Program-made: the position numbers and the translations under genes
The notes under the pieces: generated by a model
The model's input: only the letters and a program-made list of their open reading frames with translations
What the model was told of the DNA's origin: nothing
Databases searched by the model: none
Sequence record: MZ574431.2
Strand: one strand, 5' to 3'
Length of the DNA: 64,000 nt
Shown here: positions 1-8,417 of the stretch, one piece after another
How positions within the stretch are numbered: the stretch's first letter is position 1
Layout of the letters: every line of letters starts with the position of its first letter

Positions 1-17
1 CGGCCGTCACCTTTGGC

Positions 18-779
18 ATGTCGCCGACCGAGATGCGCGATCCCGAGAAGGGGCGTATCTGGCAGACCGCCGAGTGCGTCTCGATCGTCGATCACCTGCG
101 CCCTGAATACCTGTTCATCCACGACGTCTGCGACTTCCGGGTGCGCAACCACCATTCGATTTCCAGCCCCCTGGACCGTTTCCGGCTCTACATCGACGGC
201 ACCGACACCGTCGAGGAGGAATTGAAGGAGGTCGCCTTCTTCCTTTCCAACATCACCCGGCCCGAGACCGAGGTGGTCGTGGTCGAAAGCAACCACGATC
301 TGGCGTTGAACAAGTGGCTCGACACGGCCGACTACCGCCAGGACCCGCCCAATGCGCGCTTCTTTCTGGAGTGCCAGTTGGCGCGCTACAGGGCCGAGGA
401 GGAGAAGAACGACGCCTTCTCGATCTTCCAGGAAGTGATGACCACCGCCTTCGACGACTATCGTTGCGAGGGCGTGACCTTCCTGAAGGAAGACGACAAG
501 TTCAATGTCGACGGCGTGGAGATGGCCAACCACGGCCACAACGGCGTCAACGGCAGCCGGGGCAGCATCGCTCAGTACGCCAAGATCGCCACCAAGGTCA
601 CGATCGGCCACTCCCACTCGCCGGGCATCCTCAACGGGGCCATGCAGACGGGCACCTCGACCAAGATGAAGCTGGGCTACAACAAGGGACCGGGCTCGTG
701 GTCCTGGACCCATGCCCTCCAGTATCAGAACGGCAAGCGCACCTTGCTGACCATCCAAGACGGCCTCGCCTATCTGTGA
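18..779 (+). CDS. Calcineurin-like metallophosphoesterase-type phage protein (probably 5'-truncated by the window edge)
   Basis: Motifs ESNHD, HGH and GHSH; the frame is open from the window start. Confidence 0.6.
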   Translation: MSPTEMRDPEKGRIWQTAECVSIVDHLRPEYLFIHDVCDFRVRNHHSISSPLDRFRLYIDGTDTVEEELKEVAFFLSNITRPETEVVVVESNHDLALNKWLDTADYRQDPPNARFFLECQLARYRAEEEKNDAFSIFQEVMTTAFDDYRCEGVTFLKEDDKFNVDGVEMANHGHNGVNGSRGSIAQYAKIATKVTIGHSHSPGILNGAMQTGTSTKMKLGYNKGPGSWSWTHALQYQNGKRTLLTIQDGLAYL

Positions 780-843
780 CGTTTTCCTTGACATGGTTAA
801 TTTCCATGTCATGAATGACGTCACCAAAGACCCCCGGACATCC

Positions 844-1830
844 ATGACCTTTCGCTACCTGACGACCTGCTCGGGCGTCGAGGCGGTGACGCTCGGCTGG
901 GCGCCTCTTGGCGCCCGCGCCGTCGCCTATTCCGACTACGACCCCGACAACGACTTCCCGACGCGCTTCCTCAAGGAACGCTTCCCCGAAATCCCCAATC
1001 TCGGCGACATGCTGAAGATCGACGGCCGCCTCTGGCGCGGCCGGGTCGACGTGCTCTGGGGCTCCACGCCCTGCCAGAGCTTCAGCCTCGGCGGGCTGCG
1101 TAAGGGCATCAAGGACCCGCGCGGCGCCCTGACCCCGGCCCTGGTGGGCCTCGCCAACGAAATCGCCCCCAAGGTTCTCTGCTGGGAGAACGTCGACGGG
1201 GTCCTTACCGACAAGGAAAACGCTTTTGGATGCTTTCTCGCAGCGCTGGCCGGAAGCGATACTGTCCTCGTCGCTCCAGGGAACAAATGGCCAAGTGCAG
1301 GTTACGTTGTTGGACCCGAACGCCGCATCGCGTGGCGAGTGCTCGATGCCAAACATTTCTTCCTCGCCCAGCAGCGCCGGCGAGTGTTCCTTGTCGCGTG
1401 TCCTGTTGACGGACCCGATCCCCGAGAAGTTCTATTTGAAGGCTTCGCGCCTTTCGACGCTCTTGGAGAACGCCGCGAAAGCTGGGCGCCAGTTGTCGAG
1501 CGCCGCGATGTCAGCACTGACGCTTACGCCTGCGCGATCCGAGGCCGCAAGCACGGACAGCAGTTCGAGCAAGGCGGACTGATCGCCAACTGCCTCCGCG
1601 CCAGCCAGGGCGGCTCCGACAAGCCCCAGGTCCTGGCCAAGGAGGCCGACGACCAATGGCGTGTGCGCAACATGACCCCGGTCGAGGCCGAGCGGTGCAT
1701 GGGCATGCCCGACGATTGGACCCTGATCCCCGGCGCCTCTGACAGCGATCGCTACCACGCGATCGGCAACAGCCTCGCCGTTCCTTGCGTCCGCTACATC
1801 GGCGAACGCCTCCTCAAAGTGCTCGGGTAA
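844..1830 (+). CDS. DNA (cytosine-5)-methyltransferase
   Basis: Motif IV GSTPCQSFS, motif VI WENV, QxRRRVF and C-terminal motif X IGNS; motif I variant TCSGVE. ORF track start 793 overlaps the -35 box, so 844 is preferred. Confidence 0.9.
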   Translation: MTFRYLTTCSGVEAVTLGWAPLGARAVAYSDYDPDNDFPTRFLKERFPEIPNLGDMLKIDGRLWRGRVDVLWGSTPCQSFSLGGLRKGIKDPRGALTPALVGLANEIAPKVLCWENVDGVLTDKENAFGCFLAALAGSDTVLVAPGNKWPSAGYVVGPERRIAWRVLDAKHFFLAQQRRRVFLVACPVDGPDPREVLFEGFAPFDALGERRESWAPVVERRDVSTDAYACAIRGRKHGQQFEQGGLIANCLRASQGGSDKPQVLAKEADDQWRVRNMTPVEAERCMGMPDDWTLIPGASDSDRYHAIGNSLAVPCVRYIGERLLKVLG

Positions 1831-1926
1831 GGCGCGTCCCGCCAACCCGGCCTCCCGGCGCTGACGAAGCGCCCACAACACGCCTACCCGCGACGGAAAT
1901 GCGCGGCCCTGGGCCTGGAGACCTCC

Positions 1927-4203
1927 ATGAAACTGCGTCGTCGCCGCCTTGTGTGGGACATCGAAACCGATGGCCTGCTGCACGAACTGACCCGCGTCCA
2001 CGTCCTGTCGATCCGCGACCTGGACACCCGCCAAACCTACGTCTTCCGCCACAACGCCGAGATGGACAACATCCGCGAGGGCCTGAAGATGCTGAACGAG
2101 GCCGATCTTCTGGTCGGCCACAACATCATCGGCTTCGACAACTACGCCCTCTGGAAGGTCTACGGCGACGAGTTCAACCCGCAAGGGACGATGCGCGACA
2201 CCCTGATCATGTCGCGCATGCTCTACTCGCAGATCAAGGACGACGACTTCCGTCTCTGGAAGCGCGGCGTCCTGCCCGGCGAAATGATCGGCAGCCACAC
2301 CCTGGGCGCCTGGGGCGCCCGCCTGGGCTTCCCCAAGGACGACTACTCGGCGCGGCGCAAGCAGCAGGCGACCGAGAATTGGCAGACCGTCTGGGGCCTG
2401 CCCGACAAATGGAACAACAACCTCAAGGCCTACATCTCCTGGTACACCTGGGCCGAATGGAACCAGGAGATGGAAGACTACGGCGTCCAGGACCTGGACC
2501 CGACCGAAGCCTTGTGGCTGAAGATCGAGCGCGTCCAATGGTCTGAGGACGCCACGATCCTGGAGCACATGATCTGCGACCTGATGGCGCGGGTCGAGCA
2601 GAACGGGATCAACTTCGACCGCGAACAGGCCCTCGTGATGGAGGCCGAGCTTCGCGCCGAATATGACGTCAAGACCGCCGAGGCCATCAAGCACTTTGGC
2701 AAGTGGCACACCGCCGCCAAATGGCGCAAGGGCGAGCCGCCGCGCGCCGAGTTTGGCGAGGACGAGAGCCGCACCAACTGGGCCGAGGTCACCGTGCCCA
2801 AGCGGTCGATCAAGTTCAAAGACCCAATGACCAAGGGCGGCGACAAGACCGAAGGCTGCCCCTACTGCCCGATCGTCCTCAAGGAGTTCAACCCCAACTC
2901 CCGTCCCATGATCGTCAACCGCCTGGAGACGATCTACGAGTGGGTGCCCGAGCGCTTCACCGAGAAGAACACGCCGATCGTCGACGACGAAGTGCTGCGC
3001 AACCTGGGTCTGACGATCCCGATCTGCGTCGAACTGGCTGAAATCTTCTACTACAAGAAGCGCCTTGGGCAACTGGCCGACGGCGCCGAATCCTGGCTGC
3101 ACAACTGTGACGCCGAGGGCCGCATCCATGCCCGGATCAATCCGGGCGGCACGGTCACCAATCGCGCCAGCCATTCCAAGCCCAACATCGCCCAGGTCCC
3201 CCGCGTCGTCTACAAGAAGCTCAAGCAGTGGGTGGAAAAGGACGTCACCTACCGCTGGATCGGCGGCAAGATCGCCTACGGCGTCGTCAAGATCGACAAG
3301 CGCACCGGCGAGGAGTTCTTCGACCAGAACCTGACACCTCTGCTTGACCCCAACGGCGAGCAGTTCATCGGCACGCCGGTGATCGACAAGGAGACGGGTG
3401 AGTACGTCCTTGACCGCGACGGCACGATCAAGACCAAGCCGACCCTGCTGAAGGGCCGCGCCGGCGATCACGGCTGGGACAGCCGCAATCTCTTTATGGT
3501 GCCCAAGGGCTGGGCCTTGATGGGCGCCGACCAGAAGGGCATCGAACTGCGCGCCCTGGCGCACTTCATGTGGGAGTTCGACGAGGGCGAATACGCCCAA
3601 ATCCTGCTCGAAGCCGACATCCACGACGCCCACACCGCCGCCATGGGCCTGGACAGCCGGGACAAGGCCAAGACGTTCATCTATGCCATGATCTACGGCG
3701 CCCAGGACTTTAAGCTGGGCGTCACGATCGACCCGACCCTGGAGAATTATCCCCAGAAGGCCAAGGCCCTAGGCGCGCAGATGCGTGAGCGTCTGATGTC
3801 CAGGTATCCCGCCTTGCGGAAGCTGATCAAGTCCGTGCAGCGGACGGCCAAGAAGGGCTACGTCGAAGCCCTGGACGGCCGGCAACTGTTCGTCCGGGCC
3901 AAGCACAGCGCGCTCAACACCCTGCTGCAAGGCGCCGGCGCGACCCTGGCCAAAATCTGGTGCGTCTCGTTCGAGTCGTTCATGGAAGAGGCCGGCTTCA
4001 AGCATGGCTGGGATGGCGACTTCGTCATCCTGGCGTGGATTCACGACGAACTCCAGGTCGCCGTCCGCGACGACCCGGCCGTCAAGATCGCCGCTGAGCG
4101 CTACATCACCGAGGCGGCCACCTACTCGGGTGAGCGGGTCAATTTCCGCCTGCCGGTCGAGATCGACGTCAAGTGGGGCACGCGCTGGAGCCACACCCAC
4201 TAG
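1927..4203 (+). CDS. polA: Family A (T7-like) DNA polymerase with 3'-5' exonuclease domain
   Basis: ExoI WDIETDG, ExoII GHNIIGFD, motif A ADQKGIELR, motif B RDKAKTFIYAMIYG, motif C WIHDELQ. Confidence 0.95.
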   Translation: MKLRRRRLVWDIETDGLLHELTRVHVLSIRDLDTRQTYVFRHNAEMDNIREGLKMLNEADLLVGHNIIGFDNYALWKVYGDEFNPQGTMRDTLIMSRMLYSQIKDDDFRLWKRGVLPGEMIGSHTLGAWGARLGFPKDDYSARRKQQATENWQTVWGLPDKWNNNLKAYISWYTWAEWNQEMEDYGVQDLDPTEALWLKIERVQWSEDATILEHMICDLMARVEQNGINFDREQALVMEAELRAEYDVKTAEAIKHFGKWHTAAKWRKGEPPRAEFGEDESRTNWAEVTVPKRSIKFKDPMTKGGDKTEGCPYCPIVLKEFNPNSRPMIVNRLETIYEWVPERFTEKNTPIVDDEVLRNLGLTIPICVELAEIFYYKKRLGQLADGAESWLHNCDAEGRIHARINPGGTVTNRASHSKPNIAQVPRVVYKKLKQWVEKDVTYRWIGGKIAYGVVKIDKRTGEEFFDQNLTPLLDPNGEQFIGTPVIDKETGEYVLDRDGTIKTKPTLLKGRAGDHGWDSRNLFMVPKGWALMGADQKGIELRALAHFMWEFDEGEYAQILLEADIHDAHTAAMGLDSRDKAKTFIYAMIYGAQDFKLGVTIDPTLENYPQKAKALGAQMRERLMSRYPALRKLIKSVQRTAKKGYVEALDGRQLFVRAKHSALNTLLQGAGATLAKIWCVSFESFMEEAGFKHGWDGDFVILAWIHDELQVAVRDDPAVKIAAERYITEAATYSGERVNFRLPVEIDVKWGTRWSHTH

Positions 4204-4219
4204 GGCTCCGTGTCACCCA

Positions 4220-4246
4220 AAATTTCCTGTGACGTAATTCTTGACA
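4220..4246 (+). promoter_or_regulatory. Phage promoter of the GTGACG-N6-TTGACA family
   Basis: AAATTTCCTGTGACGTAATTCTTGACA, 26/27 identical to 29250-29276. Confidence 0.75.
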
Positions 4247-4297
4247 CGCCCGCAGGACCCCTCTATTAACCATGACAACGGGAAGGGGCTCACGCCC

Positions 4298-4654
4298 ATG
4301 ACCATCTCCTCCAACATCGAGCCGGACTTCAAGGCGGCAAATCCCGCCACGGCCAATCTCATGCAACTCGCTGGCGCCGGCGGGCCATTCCTGGCCCTGG
4401 GCCTCATCGGTTCGACCCTGCTTGGGCTCGCCTCCTGGGGCGTCCACGCGGTCATCCCAAACATCCCCGAGGTAGGGTTCGGACCGGCCGTGTTCTTCAT
4501 GGCCGTGCTGGTTCTCTACTTCACGGCTCAAAGCCTGATTGCGTCCGCGCTGCTCAGCGCCATGGGCGTCTATGGCGAGGTGCTCGAAGCGACCTCGACC
4601 AATGTCGAAGGCATCTCGTCCGACGACTATCAGAAGTTTCTGAGCCTGCGCTGA
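4298..4654 (+). CDS. Hypothetical membrane protein
   Basis: Two hydrophobic segments; purine-rich RBS before ATG 4298. Confidence 0.7.
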   Translation: MTISSNIEPDFKAANPATANLMQLAGAGGPFLALGLIGSTLLGLASWGVHAVIPNIPEVGFGPAVFFMAVLVLYFTAQSLIASALLSAMGVYGEVLEATSTNVEGISSDDYQKFLSLR

Positions 4655-4710
4655 TCGACGTCTCGTCGACCTAAGACCCCGCCAAGATAAGTCCACTCGA
4701 AGGCTAAGTA

Positions 4711-5295
4711 ATGATCCTCTTTTTCGACACCGAAACCACGGGCCTGTGGAATAAAGGCCTCCCGATGGGCTCCGAGGAGCAGCCCAAGATCGTCCAGATC
4801 GCCGCCATCCTGACGGACGAGAACGGCGAAGAGAAGATGCAGATGAACTTCATCGTGCGTCAAGACCACGTCCCGCAACGCGCCTCGGACGTCCACGGCA
4901 TCACCACCGAAGTTTCGCAGGCCCTGGGCCTGAACGAAGGCATCGTGATGTCGGCGTTCGAAGAACTGCTGACGCTGGCCGACACGGTCGTCGCCCACAA
5001 TGGCGAGTACGACCAGCAGGTGATCCAGAACGCCTACACCCTGCTGGACGGCAAGCTCTCCAACCACTTCGCCGACAAGAAGGCCTTCTGCACCATGAAG
5101 GCCTCGACCGCGATCTGCAAGATCAAGGGTCCGCGCGGCTACAAGTGGCCCAAGCTGATCGAAGCCCACGAAATCCTCCTGGGCGAGAAGTTCGACGGCG
5201 CCCACGACGCCTTGGCCGACGTCCGCGCCTGCAAGCGCGTCTACTTCAAGCTCCAGGACATCATCAACGAGCGGCGCGCCGCCCAAGGGGGCTGA
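4711..5295 (+). CDS. DnaQ/DEDDh 3'-5' exonuclease
   Basis: FFDTETTG, VAHNGEYD, AHDALAD. Confidence 0.9.
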   Translation: MILFFDTETTGLWNKGLPMGSEEQPKIVQIAAILTDENGEEKMQMNFIVRQDHVPQRASDVHGITTEVSQALGLNEGIVMSAFEELLTLADTVVAHNGEYDQQVIQNAYTLLDGKLSNHFADKKAFCTMKASTAICKIKGPRGYKWPKLIEAHEILLGEKFDGAHDALADVRACKRVYFKLQDIINERRAAQGG

Positions 5296-5296
5296 C

Positions 5297-5398
5297 GTGC
5301 CCTGGACCATGGTCTTCACGATCATGCTCGGCATCACGTGGATGGTGCTGACCTCGCCGGGCGACCCGCCCAACAACTCCGGCCTCGCGCCCGCTTAA
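5297..5398 (+). CDS. Possible 33-aa membrane peptide
   Basis: GTG ORF MPWTMVFTIMLGITWMVLT... fills the gap between two genes; not in the ORF track. Confidence 0.35.
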   Translation: MPWTMVFTIMLGITWMVLTSPGDPPNNSGLAPA

Positions 5399-5410
5399 GA
5401 CCTCCCCAAC

Positions 5411-6502
5411 ATGGCTGCACTCGACCTCAAGAAGGGCTTCGACCTCTATGTCGAAGCCCACCAAAAGAAGTGGCGTCACGACCGCAGCAAGAGCGTGGGC
5501 GCGTCCGAAGCCTTCGGCTGCCTGCGCAAGTCGTGGTTCAGCAAGCACAAGGCGCCCCGCGACCCCTGGTACAAGGACGACTGGGGCGCAATGAAGCGCG
5601 GCGACGTGATGGAGGAGCACTGGGTCGAGCCGGTGGTCAAGTGGTATCTTGACCAGCTTCCCGGCAACGTCCGGCTGATCTGGGGCGGCAAGCACCAGCG
5701 CACGCTGGTGGGCAAGAGCGCCCCGTCCTCGGCCACGCCGGATGGACTGGTCGTCGACGCCGACGACGATGCCCTGGCCCTGTACGGTATCCCCAGCCTG
5801 GGTGGCACCGGATGCTTCAACTTTGAGATCAAATCCATCGATCCGAGGGTTAATCTCAAGGAAGAGAAGGCCGTACATCGCGGCCAGACAATAATGCAGA
5901 TGGGACTCACGCGGGAATTGACTTCCTACCGTCCCAACTACGCTCTGATCATCTACGTGGATGCTTCGTTCTACAGCGACATCAACTTCTTCGTCATCCC
6001 GTTTGACCAGGAAACCTTTGAAGCCGGCAAGGCCCGCGCCAAAGAGGTCTTTGATCAGAAGGACCCCTCGCTCCTCTTCCCCGAGGGCAAGCTGGAGGGC
6101 TCCTGCGACTACTGCCCCTACACCAAGGAGTGCGCCCGCGTCACCGGCGAGGCCACCCCGACCGACGGTGTGGTGACCGAAGCCAATACCGAGTCGCCGA
6201 TCGTCAAGGAATTCCAAGACCTGATCCTGCTGGAGCGTGAGCTTCAGGCTGAGAAGAAGGCCTCGGAGAAAGCTCACAAAGAGGCCCAGGAACGCTTGAA
6301 AGAGTTGTTCAGGGATGTGGGGATGCGCCGCTTCCAAGTCGGCGACATCAAAGCCTCGATTACCTGGAACAAGGGCAAAAAGTCCTTGGACCGTAAGGCT
6401 ATGGAAGAAGACGGAATTGACCTTTCTCTCTACGAGAAGGAAGGCAATGGGTTCGATACTCTACGGATCACCGAACGGGGGTCCGGGGTGGACGACACCT
6501 AA
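5411..6502 (+). CDS. Solo Cas4-like PD-(D/E)XK nuclease with a probable 4Fe-4S cluster
   Basis: GCLRKSWF, ATPDG, FEIKS, QxxxQ and CDYCPYTKEC give the 1+3 Cys arrangement. Confidence 0.8.
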   Translation: MAALDLKKGFDLYVEAHQKKWRHDRSKSVGASEAFGCLRKSWFSKHKAPRDPWYKDDWGAMKRGDVMEEHWVEPVVKWYLDQLPGNVRLIWGGKHQRTLVGKSAPSSATPDGLVVDADDDALALYGIPSLGGTGCFNFEIKSIDPRVNLKEEKAVHRGQTIMQMGLTRELTSYRPNYALIIYVDASFYSDINFFVIPFDQETFEAGKARAKEVFDQKDPSLLFPEGKLEGSCDYCPYTKECARVTGEATPTDGVVTEANTESPIVKEFQDLILLERELQAEKKASEKAHKEAQERLKELFRDVGMRRFQVGDIKASITWNKGKKSLDRKAMEEDGIDLSLYEKEGNGFDTLRITERGSGVDDT

Positions 6503-6650
6503 GACTAAGAGCACGACCGCTCTAAGCTAAGCCAAGCTAAACCAACTCTAAGCTACGCGAAGACACGGTAAGCTAAGCCCAAGCTACGTCCAAGATAAGA
6601 ACAGGCTAATAAAAGCCCAAGCCTAAGCTACGACTAAGCTAAGCCTACGA
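6499..6650 (+). repeat. Irregular short-repeat tract of AAGCTA/CTAAG units
   Basis: Perfect AAGCTA at 6524, 6534, 6550, 6570, 6581, 6625 and 6636, plus variants; A/C-rich, unlike the flanking DNA. Confidence 0.85.
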
Positions 6651-6723
6651 CGAAAAGACCTCCCCACCAGACGACAAGTCTCATGCCGGCGGCCCCTGCC
6701 GCCGGCCAATTCCAAGGATAAGT

Positions 6724-7569
6724 ATGTCCACTCAACTCACCACCACCTCGAATTCGGGTTTCCTGGCTGCGGCCGACGCCGACTACAACCTGCTGGCTGA
6801 ACTGGCCGGCGAACTGGGCGGCGGCGGCGGCGTCTTCCTGAAGTTCAACGGGAACGACGGCCTGTTCACCTACGGCGCCACCGGCGACGAACTGACCCTG
6901 GGGTCGCAACTGGCCTTCAACGGCATGTCGCTGGAACGCGGCTGGATTTGCTGGAAGGACGAAGAAGTCGTCGGCGAGGAGATGGTCTCCTTCCTGACGG
7001 GCCGTCCGAAGGACAAGAGCCAACTGCCCGACAACGGCCCGTACGAGTCCAACCAGGACGGCTGGCAGGAGCAGATGGCGGTCACCTTCAAGATGACCGA
7101 GGCGCCGTTCCACGAACTGATCTTCAAGGCCACCGGCGTCACCAAGCTGAACGCGATCAAGCGTCTGGTCCAGGACTACGTCAAGTCGATGAAGGCCAAC
7201 CCCGGCCTGATCCCGATCGTCGAGATCGACGAGACCGAGTTCGAGTCCAAGGCCAAGGGCGCCCGTGGCGCGCGCAAGCACGCCCCGGTCTTCAAGATCG
7301 TGGCCTGGGTCACCGAAGACCAACTGCTGGAAGCCGAGCAAGGCGCGGCTGACGAGTACGAGCAGCCGGCTGCGGCCCCCGAGCCGGTGAAGGCCCCGGC
7401 CAAGCTGGAAGCCCCGAAGACGACCACCCGTCGCGCCGCTCCGGCGCCGGCCCCCGAGCCGGAACCGGAAGTCCAGGACGACGCCGAAGGCTACGAGGAC
7501 GAGGCGGCTCCCGAGCCGGCGCCGGCCCCCTCGCCGCGTCAGACGGCCGCCCGTCGTGGCCGCTTCTAG
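6724..7569 (+). CDS. Putative single-stranded DNA-binding/annealing protein
   Basis: Aromatic-rich beta core (FLKFNG, GWICWKD, GWQEQ) and a long acidic/Pro-Ala tail, in a replication context. Confidence 0.55.
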   Translation: MSTQLTTTSNSGFLAAADADYNLLAELAGELGGGGGVFLKFNGNDGLFTYGATGDELTLGSQLAFNGMSLERGWICWKDEEVVGEEMVSFLTGRPKDKSQLPDNGPYESNQDGWQEQMAVTFKMTEAPFHELIFKATGVTKLNAIKRLVQDYVKSMKANPGLIPIVEIDETEFESKAKGARGARKHAPVFKIVAWVTEDQLLEAEQGAADEYEQPAAAPEPVKAPAKLEAPKTTTRRAAPAPAPEPEPEVQDDAEGYEDEAAPEPAPAPSPRQTAARRGRF

Positions 7570-7590
7570 GCCTTAGGCCCACTACCCCGA

Positions 7591-7623
7591 CGGCCCGCTC
7601 GCTTCGGCGAGCGGGCCTTTTCT
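7591..7623 (+). terminator. Rho-independent terminator
   Basis: GGCCCGCTCGC-TTCG-GCGAGCGGGCC followed by TTTT. Confidence 0.85.
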
Positions 7624-7648
7624 CCCGACATGACGAAAGAGGACTCCC

Positions 7649-8236
7649 ATGACGACGTTCGTGGCGTTTCCCAAGATCGCGCGCCTGAACCGCGAGATCG
7701 TGATTACCGAAAAGCTCGACGGCACCAATGCCCAGGTCGAGATCAACGACGCCGGCGACGAGATCGTCTCGGCCGGGTCGCGCAATCGCTACATCACCCC
7801 CGAGATGGACAATCACGGCTTTGCGCGCTGGGTGCGCGACAACCGTGACGAACTGATCAAGCTTGGCCCCGGCCGCCACTATGGCGAATGGTGGGGCAAC
7901 GGCATCCAGCACGGCTACGGGCTGGGCAAGGGCGACAAGCGCTTTTCCCTCTTCAACGTGAGCCGGTGGGAAGACCCCGCCACGCGCCCGGCCTGCTGCG
8001 GCGTCGTGCCGGTGCTCTATCGCGGCCCCTTCTCGGAAGCGGCCATCGTCGAAGCCGTCGAGCGCCTGCGCACCGAAGGATCGGTGGCCGCGCCCGGCTG
8101 GATGCGCCCCGAAGGCATCATCGTCTATCACACCGCCGCCGGCACCCTCTTCAAGGTCACCTTGGAGAAGGACGCCGCGCCCAAGTCCAGCTACGACGCC
8201 GCCCACGCGGCTCGGATCGCGGCGGAGGCTGCTTAA
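7649..8236 (+). CDS. Minimal RNA ligase (Rnl2-like adenylyltransferase domain only)
   Basis: Motif I TEKLDGTN, YGEWWG, EGIIV, FKVT; no C-terminal domain. Confidence 0.75.
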   Translation: MTTFVAFPKIARLNREIVITEKLDGTNAQVEINDAGDEIVSAGSRNRYITPEMDNHGFARWVRDNRDELIKLGPGRHYGEWWGNGIQHGYGLGKGDKRFSLFNVSRWEDPATRPACCGVVPVLYRGPFSEAAIVEAVERLRTEGSVAAPGWMRPEGIIVYHTAAGTLFKVTLEKDAAPKSSYDAAHAARIAAEAA

Positions 8237-8237
8237 G

Positions 8238-8417
8238 GTGGCCACCCTGCAATGGCTCGACGCCTTCTTTGCTCCGCGTGAACTGACGCTGGGCGACAAG
8301 ATCGCCATCGCCCTCAACGCGACCTGGGCGGCCTTCATCATCGCCGCCACCGTCCTCGTCTGGATCGTGGGCGCCTACTCGCTCGGCTCCTGGCTGATCA
8401 ACGGAGGCGGCGCCTGA
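8238..8417 (+). CDS. Small membrane protein (59 aa)
   Basis: GTG ORF with a hydrophobic helix; its TGA overlaps the next ATG. Confidence 0.6.
   Translation: MATLQWLDAFFAPRELTLGDKIAIALNATWAAFIIAATVLVWIVGAYSLGSWLINGGGA

Noticed and set aside
6499-6650. CRISPR or mini-array next to the Cas4-like gene
   Set aside because: Units are 5-6 nt and irregularly spaced; there are no 25-40 nt repeats with unique spacers, and no cas1 or cas2
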